Shown here: positions 27,226 to 35,155 of the stretch, one piece after another | Layout of the letters: every line of letters starts with the position of its first letter | Position numbering within the stretch: the first letter of the stretch is position 1 | Source: Thermofilaceae archaeon | GTDB lineage: Archaea > Thermoproteota > Thermoprotei > Thermofilales > Thermofilaceae | Assembly: GCA_038727095.1 (NCBI GenBank) | Contig: JAVYWK010000017.1 | Coordinates: 1 to 42,808 of the forward strand | DNA: 42,808 nucleotides | Direction: 5' to 3' | The notes under the pieces: model-generated | The model's database searches: none | Told to the model about the DNA's origin: nothing | The model's input: the letters and a program-made list of their open reading frames with translations, nothing else | Translations under genes and position numbers: made by a program

Positions 27226-29352
27226 CTACCCGCTGCAGCCCCACGCTCTAAACTCGAAGCTCCGGACCCCCTTGAAGCCGACGTAGCTCGGAGCGGTGAG
27301 GGGCGCGCACGAGTACCGCGCGAGTATACCGCCGGAGCTATCGCGCAGGATCGCCTCCCAAGCTCCGCTCAGCAGCCTCAAGTCAACCCAGTAGGCGCCC
27401 GGATAGCTGCCCAGCAGAACCTCGCTCCCCCCGCACCTAGCGTAGTACGCAGTCCCGCTCCGCCTCACGCCGAAAACGGGGTTCAAGCCTCCGTCGAAGA
27501 AGTAGAAACCCCCGTCACCCGAGAGGTTGCCAACGTACACGGTTGCGTCGGGCACAAGGCTCCGGTAGTACGTGTCGCCGCTCACGCGCCAACCCTCCGG
27601 GAGCGGCGTACAAGCGTAGTAGGTGGCGGAGAAATCATCCCACCACATCCAGAAGTCGTCGCTCGTGCATGGAGCATTGTAGCTGGCGTCAGTGGCGGCG
27701 AAGGCGACGTTCAGCACCACTCCCTGCTGGTTCGAGGGGATGCTCCCGCTCCACGTGTACGCCACTCCCGAGGTCATGGAGCCGAGGTTGTACACCTTGA
27801 AGGAGGGGCTTGCGGGTGTGCACGACCCATCGCTTCCCACTGTGCAGATGACTGCGCCCGGGCTGACGTGCACTGAAACAATGACGCCAGCGGCACCCGC
27901 CGTATCGTACCGGTAGAAGATGTACTCCACGTCCGCGAACCCATCGCCGTTGGAATCAACGCCGACCGAAACGTAAGCTACGTTGTTCCTCATATCCGTC
28001 GCGTTCCTAAGGTAGAGGCCCTGCACCGTGAAGGAGAAACCCGCCGCAGGAACAGCACCCCAGCGTGTCACATCGTAGACCGCGGCCGCGACTCCGTAGT
28101 CCTGGGCGGGGTTACCCGTCCCACCGTAAGCGTCAACCTCTGTCGCCACGCTCGGCGGCGACGAGGGGCTGAGCGCCGGGTCCACGTAGACCAGCGTGTG
28201 CTCACCCCCTCTAACGTAAGCACCCAAGTAGGAGGGGGGTGCGCACCTCGTGAAGCTGACGTTATCCCACCAGATCTTAGCGACACCCTTAGGGGAGTAG
28301 GCCGTGAAAGCTAAACCTACAACATAGCCCGTAGAATACACTTGACTGATCGTGATCGTGTACCAATAGTTTGGGCTGTTCACAAAGCCGGGTAGAGAGC
28401 GAACTATCGTGGGTAAACTACGCCCGTAGATGACAGAAGCCATCGCGTAGGGAGATGTACCGCGGCCGCTTCCGTAGTAGATCGCCTCAACATCGGGAAC
28501 ACGGTCTCCGTTTAGGTCGATGAAGAAGTGCACCTGCAAGTAATCATCATCCCCGAGAGAGGCTCTGAAGAAGTACTGGAAGCTGAATCCAGCGCTGGCG
28601 CTAAAAGGCTGAGAGGAGTAGTTAATGAAGAAGGAAGCGTAGCCGTTTTTCGATTCAGTGTATAAACTCGGGCTCGGGCTCCCCTGGGTAGGATCGATGC
28701 CAACGCTTCCGCCCGAGCGTGGAGTAACGTACGTCCTGTTGTCTGGTATGCTTTCGGCGAACGTGTACTGGACGGGCACGCAGGCCCCAGTGAAGTCGTC
28801 GCTTCTCGTGTACAGGGTACAGCTGTAGCTCGCGCTGCTCAGCAGAGTCATCGGCTTCGCGGTGAAGTTGACGTACTGCTTCACCTTCACGCTATCGACT
28901 GTGAAGCGGGCCGTGGTGAGCACCCAGTACCCGCTCGAAGCGGTGGTCCACCAGGAGAGAGCGGCTGGCAGCTGGACAGGCGAGCCGCAAACCTGCGTGT
29001 CGGATACCTGGAGCTGGCCGCCGAGGTAGATCCGGTAGCCCGCCACACCCACCTGCTCCTCGCGGCACAAGCTCGCCGACAAACCGGGAATCCTCCGGTC
29101 CAGCGCGCCGACATCGTACCTCTCCTCCCAGCCGGGGATGAAGCAGAGGCTGTAGCGCGTCACGTTCAACCCGTTGTACACGTACCAGCCCGAGCTCGAG
29201 ACAGGAGAGATGGAGGAGTTCCCCAGCTTAACGAGAGGGCTCTCCATAGCCACGATCCTCCACTCGGTGATGTTCGTAATCGTGACCGCTGCCCACGCAG
29301 AGACCGCGAAGGCCAGAGCCAAGGCCAGCGGAAGTCTCTTCACGCTAGCCAC
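27226..29352 (-). CDS. Large secreted protein, putative minor pilin / tip adhesin
   Basis: Signal peptide, then AVTITNITEWRI (shared with the 30786-31376 protein); two tandem beta-rich repeats, each with a D-x-N-G-D-x-x-x-D motif; several Cys; no C-terminal TM helix. Confidence 0.6.
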   Translation of the reverse strand: MASVKRLPLALALAFAVSAWAAVTITNITEWRIVAMESPLVKLGNSSISPVSSSGWYVYNGLNVTRYSLCFIPGWEERYDVGALDRRIPGLSASLCREEQVGVAGYRIYLGGQLQVSDTQVCGSPVQLPAALSWWTTASSGYWVLTTARFTVDSVKVKQYVNFTAKPMTLLSSASYSCTLYTRSDDFTGACVPVQYTFAESIPDNRTYVTPRSGGSVGIDPTQGSPSPSLYTESKNGYASFFINYSSQPFSASAGFSFQYFFRASLGDDDYLQVHFFIDLNGDRVPDVEAIYYGSGRGTSPYAMASVIYGRSLPTIVRSLPGFVNSPNYWYTITISQVYSTGYVVGLAFTAYSPKGVAKIWWDNVSFTRCAPPSYLGAYVRGGEHTLVYVDPALSPSSPPSVATEVDAYGGTGNPAQDYGVAAAVYDVTRWGAVPAAGFSFTVQGLYLRNATDMRNNVAYVSVGVDSNGDGFADVEYIFYRYDTAGAAGVIVSVHVSPGAVICTVGSDGSCTPASPSFKVYNLGSMTSGVAYTWSGSIPSNQQGVVLNVAFAATDASYNAPCTSDDFWMWWDDFSATYYACTPLPEGWRVSGDTYYRSLVPDATVYVGNLSGDGGFYFFDGGLNPVFGVRRSGTAYYARCGGSEVLLGSYPGAYWVDLRLLSGAWEAILRDSSGGILARYSCAPLTAPSYVGFKGVRSFEFRAWGCSG

Positions 29353-30721
29353 CAGGGAAGCTGGACAGCCTACTCCTCACGCTCCTAACGCTGCCCAACT
29401 CACCCCACTTGAAGAGGAGTGTGAAGTAGCCGAACCTGTGGTCGCCGGGCTGCCAGTAGTTCTCGCAGAGCTTCACACCCCAAGGCTCCAGCCTCAGCGG
29501 CAGAATATTGCAAGTGGTTCCGCAAACCAGCTCCACGTTCACGTTCTCAGCCTCGATGAGGGGTGCAGCCCAGTCGAGCACGATGCCACGCCTGATCGTC
29601 TTCGGCCAGTACTCAACCTGCGTCACGTTCAAGTTCAAACCCCAAACCATCAGGAATGCCTCCACCACGTAGCCCGAGAGACCGCTCGTGTTGAACGCCG
29701 CGATGGCACGCACAGGGCCCACCGCCACGGGCCTCCAAGCGCCCCAATCACTGTAGTACTCCAGCCGGACCTGGTACGGGAACGCGATCCTCCCCGATAA
29801 ATTCACGTAAAGGCCGGGCGCCGCGAAGCCATACTCGTTCAGTTCGACGCTAAGCCCCCTAACCTTGATAACCCCCCGCTCCACCGTGCCGGCAGCCTCA
29901 AACTGCTCCTCCAGCCTCCCCCCGAAGTACACGTCGATCCTCGTCCCGTTTGAAACGTAAGCGGCGAACACCAGCCGATCGTATGGGCCCACGCTCCCCC
30001 TTCTCAAACCCTTCGGCTCAACTACCCCATCAGCTCTTCTCTCCCAAGCTTCCACCTGGAAAGGCAGCAGGAAGTTTGCATCGCCCTTCACGTACACGAC
30101 AGCCAGCATGCTGGCATCAACACCCTGCAGAGCGTGAACCCTCCCCACGTAAGCACCGTTTACGTAAACATCCCCGGAGCCGAGCACCTCAAACAGCGCT
30201 AATCCCTCCCTCTCAGCTGTGAAGGTTAGCGAAAGACGGCGAGAGAACCGGTTATCCCACCAATCCGTCTCAACCACCCTTATACGCACAACAGCCTCAG
30301 TCGCCTCCCTGTACCGTAAATCAAACAAGCGCAGCATAAGCTCGCTCGGCGAAGGAGCCCTCAAGCAGACGCTCAACCTAGCCGATGACCCGGGAGCAAG
30401 CTTCAACGGACTGGAAACGTTAGGCCCCAGTATCACAGCATTCCCGCTCCTTAAGGAAAAGTACAGCGGCATCCCCACAAGGCTCGCTTCGAGCTCGTAA
30501 GAGAGACCAGCAGCGCCCAAGTTCCTCACCTCCACCACCTCTTCATAGCAAAACACTCTCCCCCTAGATGCGTAGAGAGTCATCTCAGTAGGCTCCACTG
30601 ACACGTCCCTTACCCCACCCGTGATCACTGCTTGAAGCCCAAGAGGATACAGAAAAGTAAGCGTAAGAAAAACAAGAATCGCCAACAAGGCAAAGACCGT
30701 GTAAACAATCTTACGGCGCAT
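29345..30721 (-). CDS. Membrane-anchored extracellular beta-rich protein, putative pilus accessory/anchor
   Basis: Basic N-terminus plus one TM helix, an Ig-like segment (VEVRNLG...LAPGSSARLSVCL), and a WWDNRFSRRLSLT motif reminiscent of DUF2341-type N-termini. 8-bp overlap with the downstream gene. Confidence 0.55.
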   Translation of the reverse strand: MRRKIVYTVFALLAILVFLTLTFLYPLGLQAVITGGVRDVSVEPTEMTLYASRGRVFCYEEVVEVRNLGAAGLSYELEASLVGMPLYFSLRSGNAVILGPNVSSPLKLAPGSSARLSVCLRAPSPSELMLRLFDLRYREATEAVVRIRVVETDWWDNRFSRRLSLTFTAEREGLALFEVLGSGDVYVNGAYVGRVHALQGVDASMLAVVYVKGDANFLLPFQVEAWERRADGVVEPKGLRRGSVGPYDRLVFAAYVSNGTRIDVYFGGRLEEQFEAAGTVERGVIKVRGLSVELNEYGFAAPGLYVNLSGRIAFPYQVRLEYYSDWGAWRPVAVGPVRAIAAFNTSGLSGYVVEAFLMVWGLNLNVTQVEYWPKTIRRGIVLDWAAPLIEAENVNVELVCGTTCNILPLRLEPWGVKLCENYWQPGDHRFGYFTLLFKWGELGSVRSVRSRLSSFPGG

Positions 30722-30740
30722 CCTTTACACCCATTGTAAT

Positions 30741-30766
30741 AGAAACAAAAAAGAATGAAATTTAAA
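30741..30766 (-). terminator. T-rich terminator/attenuator after the putative major pilin
   Basis: The minus strand reads TTTAAATTTCATTCTTTTTTGTTTCT between the pilin stop and the next start. Confidence 0.5.
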
Positions 30767-30785
30767 CCCGCTGCTAGCCTTGCTC

Positions 30786-31376
30786 CTAAGGAGGCGGCGG
30801 ATTAGTTACGGAAACAACGTCTATCTGCAACCTGATCAGCTCCACACCATCATCAGCATCTGGGTGAATGAGGATTTCAGCAGACACCGACAAGCATTGT
30901 TCGGGGTCAATACTTATCGGGTCGGATGGTATTGGAGTATCTATTTGAGTGTTCTGATCGATTTGATAACCACCAGAAGGTTCACCGCCAAGCGAGAGTT
31001 TAACGTACTTAACTTTGTCTGGCCAAGTGCCTCCATTCAATAGACCCTTATACACCAGCTGGACTTTATAAGATCTACTATCGCGGTTGCAAATTCGTAT
31101 AACTTCTGTGTAGTTTGTTGGGTCGCCCTTAAAACCGGTCAATGTAATAATCGTCCTATTGGTGAAATCGTCTTTTGTCTCTGTAGTTACACCTGTATTT
31201 ATGTAGTTGCTAGTGATCATATCACTGCCTTTCTCCTTCTTAATCGGTGCAGGCTTAGCTTGTATGCTCCACTCTGTGATGTTAGTGATGGTGATGGCTG
31301 CGGTTGCGAAGCTGGCTATGGCTAGCAGTATTAGGAGTGCTGCTGCCCCGCTTAATCTTCTCTCTCCCCCGTCCAC
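30786..31376 (-). CDS. Putative major pilin, archaeal bundling pilus (AbpA/TasA-like)
   Basis: Class I signal peptide ending FATA, mature protein about 170 aa, N-terminal strand AITITNITEWSI, motif GFKGDPTNYTEVIRICN, two Cys. Resembles Pyrobaculum AbpA as I recall it (not verified by search). TTTATAAA promoter at 31399-31406. Confidence 0.65.
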   Translation of the reverse strand: MDGGERRLSGAAALLILLAIASFATAAITITNITEWSIQAKPAPIKKEKGSDMITSNYINTGVTTETKDDFTNRTIITLTGFKGDPTNYTEVIRICNRDSRSYKVQLVYKGLLNGGTWPDKVKYVKLSLGGEPSGGYQIDQNTQIDTPIPSDPISIDPEQCLSVSAEILIHPDADDGVELIRLQIDVVSVTNPPPP

Positions 31377-31514
31377 GCTGTAGGTTGCTTTTCGATCCTT
31401 TATAAATTTAATAGTTCGGAATGGGGCTTGCCCTACGCTTTCAACGTCGCCGTTCTCCGGGCTTCCAGCCGTGAGGGGTTGCTGTGGGGTTTGCTTGCCC
31501 AGTGCACGTAGTGT

Positions 31515-32234
31515 TCACGTTTTCCCCGTGGCTTGCCGGGGCGTGCCCGTGGGCGGGGTTTGCATTCCGGCTGGGTAGTAGCAGTGGTACCTGCCGAGCT
31601 TTACGCACTCGACGAGGCCGAGCCTCTCGAGTACGCTTAAGTGCCACTGGACTTCCCCGTAGCTGATCCCGGTCTCCCTGGCGATCCTCCTCATGGAGGC
31701 TCCGGGGTTGGACTTGATGTACTCGAGGATCTTGACGCGCTTCGGGCTTCTAGCGACGTCGCTGCGCTTCGTCACGTAGTAGGCCACCGGGACCGAGAGG
31801 GTGGAGAACAGCTTCCCCCTCCCGCCCTCGGAGAGCGCTAGGTAGCTTGCGGCGGCCGCCGCGACTGCGGCTGCGAGCAGGATGAGCGGCGGCTCGTTCT
31901 GGGGCTGCGGTTCAACCGCTTCCACTGTGACAGCGATTCTGATGGTTCTCAACGTCGGGTTATCAGCCGTGAGAGCGATGCAGCCGCCCTGCAGCACCGC
32001 TGTACCCCGCTGGACCTCCACGCTCCTGACGGTAGCCCCTTGGAGGCAGGCCAGCTTCTCGCCCTGGAGCCTCGCGAGAGGCGGTATCTCAACCGTGATG
32101 GTGTACGTTATATTATGGTCTGCTCTCAGCTCCCCGACTTCAACTACCGCCGCGCTAGTCACGGTCAGCCTCGGCTGGGCTAAAGCCACCAACGCTAGCG
32201 CGAGTGCGGCGAGCGGTGCAGCAAGCTTCCGCAT
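31515..32234 (-). CDS. Membrane-anchored winged-helix transcriptional regulator with extracellular beta domain
   Basis: Signal peptide, about 90-aa beta-rich domain with two Cys, TM helix, then RVKILEYIKSNPGASMRRIARETGISYGEVQWHLSVLERLGLV (ArsR-like wHTH). Confidence 0.8.
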   Translation of the reverse strand: MRKLAAPLAALALALVALAQPRLTVTSAAVVEVGELRADHNITYTITVEIPPLARLQGEKLACLQGATVRSVEVQRGTAVLQGGCIALTADNPTLRTIRIAVTVEAVEPQPQNEPPLILLAAAVAAAAASYLALSEGGRGKLFSTLSVPVAYYVTKRSDVARSPKRVKILEYIKSNPGASMRRIARETGISYGEVQWHLSVLERLGLVECVKLGRYHCYYPAGMQTPPTGTPRQATGKT

Positions 32235-32319
32235 AAGCTCTACTGCGCCTCTCCGTCCGGGTTTAAAAGGTTCAGTTGAACTAAAAAGGTTTTTTACCTT
32301 TTGCTTCTCTAACTCCTGT

Positions 32320-32682
32320 ATGCTGGTTCCCCTACTGGCGGGTTTTACGGCTTCGCTCGCAGCTTTGACGCTAAGGCTGTTGAGGGGTAAGCCCGACTGG
32401 AGGGGTGAGGTCTACCAGTTGTCCCTGGCGCTGGTGTTGGCGTTTATCGACGCCTTCATGATCGCCTACCTGGCACCCTTCACGCCGATCTTCGTGGCTC
32501 GCCTCTCCTTCCACCTCTTCCTCTACACGCTCTTCGCGAGCTTAACGGCGGTGCTGTACGCCATGTACAGGGCGTCGAGTGACATCAGGGTTTACGCGGT
32601 TGCGATGACCCCCTGGTTCCTCATCCTCGCGCTGATCGTCGCGGCCAACCTGCTCGGCTCGAGGATCGTCTTCATCTTCTAG
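32320..32682 (+). CDS. Hypothetical 4-TM membrane protein (120 aa)
   Basis: In-frame ATG 32320 (MLVPLLAGFTASL...) with TTTTTA at about 32290-32296. The upstream part of the track ORF is antisense to the wHTH gene. Confidence 0.7.
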   Translation: MLVPLLAGFTASLAALTLRLLRGKPDWRGEVYQLSLALVLAFIDAFMIAYLAPFTPIFVARLSFHLFLYTLFASLTAVLYAMYRASSDIRVYAVAMTPWFLILALIVAANLLGSRIVFIF

Positions 32683-33182
32683 CCGGTGAGCGCCCTCCAG
32701 ACCTTGTCGCCGGCGTAGTGCAAGTTCTTAACCGCTCTACCCCTCCTCACCCTCGCGATCTCGTCGCTGCTCATCAACGCCCTCCCCACGGCGAAGACCC
32801 TCCTCTTCTCCACGTCGGCCACGTAGACGAGGTCTCCCGCGCTGAACGGCTCGGCCTCAACAATGCCCGGTGCCATCACGTCCGCCCCATTGAGGATGTG
32901 GGGGACGGCGCCCATGTCGACCACGACCAGGGGGAGTTTGAGGCCGAGCCTGTGGGCGGCCAGCACCGTAGGGTACACCTCCTCCCCCATGACGAGCGCC
33001 GGCACGCCGTCGATTATCAGCAGATCCTTCTCGGGCTCGCGGAGGCGGGCTAGCTCGACTCTCCCAGCCTTCTCCACGAGCTCGGCGGCCGCCGGTAGGG
33101 TGGCTCTCAGCCTCTCAACCAGCCTCCTCCTCTCGCTCTTGCTGAGCGCGTAGCGCGAGCTGAACGCTGCCAACGTCCTCAC
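32679..33182 (-). CDS. PUA-domain RNA-binding protein (DUF1947 / MCT-1-Tma20-like)
   Basis: LSKSERRRL, VVDMGAVPHILNGADVMAPGI, RGRAVKNLHYAGD. Confidence 0.9.
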   Translation of the reverse strand: MRTLAAFSSRYALSKSERRRLVERLRATLPAAAELVEKAGRVELARLREPEKDLLIIDGVPALVMGEEVYPTVLAAHRLGLKLPLVVVDMGAVPHILNGADVMAPGIVEAEPFSAGDLVYVADVEKRRVFAVGRALMSSDEIARVRRGRAVKNLHYAGDKVWRALTG

Positions 33183-33724
33183 CCCATGCTCTTCTCCACT
33201 GTGTAGTAGGAGACGTTCCCCTCCTTGTCGACGATCGCGAGGACGGGCTCCCTCTTCGACTCTAGAGCCCTCCTGATGAAAGCCTCCAGCTCCTTGAACC
33301 CGATCCTCACCCCCTCCTCGAGGCAGAGGACGAGGTACCTCCTCTCCCCCTCCCCACTCCTCCTCTCCACGAGCAGGACGGGGGCACCCTCGAGCGGCAG
33401 CGCCCGCAACCCTCTGCCCCTCAAGTCGGTGTACACGTTCAGTTTAACCCAGAAGCCGGGGTCGAGCGCGGCAGCGCGCCTCGCGAGCTCCTCCAGGCTG
33501 ACGCTGCGCCCACCCTCGTCCGCGAGGGACAACTCCCCCCTATCGAGCAGGTAGGCCGCTTCGACGAGCGTTAGCTCCAACCCCTCCTCCATAACCACGC
33601 CGTAGCCCTTCTCCGCCAAACCCGAGCTCTTCGGTACGATGGCTCGACCCCCCTTCAGCGTGCCCTCCACCCTGTCTGAAGCCACGCGCGCGCGACGCGG
33701 CGGGCTAAATAAGGATTGAGCCAC
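33179..33724 (-). CDS. tRNA-intron endonuclease, probably the non-catalytic (structural) subunit
   Basis: GYG...LELTLVEAAYL, VYTDLRGRG and C-terminal LAIVDKEGNVSYY; the KFG..F..Y/H catalytic region is absent. Confidence 0.8.
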   Translation of the reverse strand: MAQSLFSPPRRARVASDRVEGTLKGGRAIVPKSSGLAEKGYGVVMEEGLELTLVEAAYLLDRGELSLADEGGRSVSLEELARRAAALDPGFWVKLNVYTDLRGRGLRALPLEGAPVLLVERRSGEGERRYLVLCLEEGVRIGFKELEAFIRRALESKREPVLAIVDKEGNVSYYTVEKSMG

Positions 33725-33756
33725 GCCACGCTTATAACCGCCTCAGGAGCTTCTGC

Positions 33757-35127
33757 GTGGTGCACTGGCTCCGCCTAGCGGCTCTCGCGGCTGCAGTCGT
33801 TCTCTTGTTTACTCTACCCAGGCGGCCCCTCTTCCTGGAGGTTTACGGGAGGCGTGAAGCGCTGGAGGCGGCGAGTCTGGTCGAGTCTGCGCTCGGCCCC
33901 GCGCAGAGAGTCGTCTTCTTCGAGGTGAACCCGGTGAGCGTCTGCGCAGCCTGGCTGGAGGGGTCCTTGAGCCTGGAGGGCTTTTGGGGGAAGGAGTGGG
34001 TGGTGAGGGGTTACCGGGGGGCGGGCCTCGTCTATGAGCTGAGGGTGGACGCGGGGATGGGTTTCAGCATGCTGCGGGTCAACCTCACGCTCGTGGAGCG
34101 CGCTCAGGCGTTGATGGCCGCGCTGATGCTGCTGCGGCGCGAGGGAGGTGGCGTCTTCCAGGTGGAGGATGAGGGAGCCCTGTTTTCCGTGAGCGCTTGG
34201 CGGCCGGAGGAGGGGGTGTGCAGGGGTATCGTGAGGGAGGCGGAGCAGTGGAGGGGGGCTACGATCATCACGTGGGTGGTGATGCAGGTCGTGTTCCTCA
34301 CAGGCCTCCTCCTGGCCGTGGCGTTGCCGACCGGCGGCGTGAGTAAGCGTAGGCTGCTCCTTATCTCGCTACCCCTCCTCCTGGCGCTCGGAGCGTCCTC
34401 AACCCTCCTCCAGCTCCCCTACCTGCTCGGGAAGAACGCGCTGCCCCCAACCCTGAGGTCCCTGTTCAACCTCCTCTACAGCAGCGCCCTCCTCTCCCTA
34501 ACCGCCCTGATCTCGCTCATCGCCGGCGCAGCGTTGGTGGCGAAGAGCGCCCCGCTGTCCCTCCCCACGGGGAGGCGAGCTGCCGAGAGCTGGCTGGACG
34601 GGGTCGCCACGGGTGCAACCCTCACGGCTCTTCTCGGGGTTGCGTTCACGCTGCTGGAGAAGTGGGGTCGCGTCATCCCGCTGAAGCTGCCGGCCCTCGA
34701 GAACGCTCTCACGGTGCAAGCGTCGTGGCTCGCCGCGGCGCTGAACGTGGCCGTAGCCTCCCTAATCAACGCAGTCACCTTCCGCTACCTGCTCCTCCTC
34801 CTGCTGCAGGAGGTGCTCGGGGGGAGGGGGCAGGGGGTTGTGGCGACCTCGGCCATATACGCTCTGGCGTTTGCGGGGGCTTCCTTCCACCCGCCGTACA
34901 CCGACGTTCTCGCTGCGCTAGCCCTGTCGCTGGTCTTCTGCCTCCTCTACCTCTGGAGGGGCCTCTTCGCCGCTGTCGCCGCCGAGTACACCTACAACGC
35001 ACTGGCCTACGCGCTGTCAATCTCCGGTCTCCTGCCGGTTGACGCGCTTCTCCTTGCGGTAACCCCACTCTCCGCCGCCCCCCTAGCCTCCCTGCTGGCC
35101 GAGCTGGCCCGAAGGTTCGCGAGTTAA
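33757..35127 (+). CDS. Multi-pass membrane protein, degenerate CPBP/CAAX-protease-like C-terminal domain
   Basis: N-terminal extracytoplasmic region, then about 8 TM helices. SLINAVTFRY, SAIYALAF and GLFAAVAAEYTYN align with CPBP motifs but lack EE and His. Confidence 0.55.
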   Translation: MVHWLRLAALAAAVVLLFTLPRRPLFLEVYGRREALEAASLVESALGPAQRVVFFEVNPVSVCAAWLEGSLSLEGFWGKEWVVRGYRGAGLVYELRVDAGMGFSMLRVNLTLVERAQALMAALMLLRREGGGVFQVEDEGALFSVSAWRPEEGVCRGIVREAEQWRGATIITWVVMQVVFLTGLLLAVALPTGGVSKRRLLLISLPLLLALGASSTLLQLPYLLGKNALPPTLRSLFNLLYSSALLSLTALISLIAGAALVAKSAPLSLPTGRRAAESWLDGVATGATLTALLGVAFTLLEKWGRVIPLKLPALENALTVQASWLAAALNVAVASLINAVTFRYLLLLLLQEVLGGRGQGVVATSAIYALAFAGASFHPPYTDVLAALALSLVFCLLYLWRGLFAAVAAEYTYNALAYALSISGLLPVDALLLAVTPLSAAPLASLLAELARRFAS

Positions 35128-35155
35128 GCTTAAATCGCCGCTTCAACGGCACGGT

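Noticed and set aside
30786-31376. Type IV pilin/archaellin assignment
   Set aside because: RRLS-GAAA resembles a class III site only weakly; the hydrophobic stretch ends in an AxA signal-peptidase-I site, and there is no assembly ATPase or TadC gene nearby.
31441-31600. Weak duplication (GGGGTTTGC twice) and a 68-aa ORF at the end of the wHTH gene
   Set aside because: Similarity is too short to be significant, and the ORF has no coding signature.
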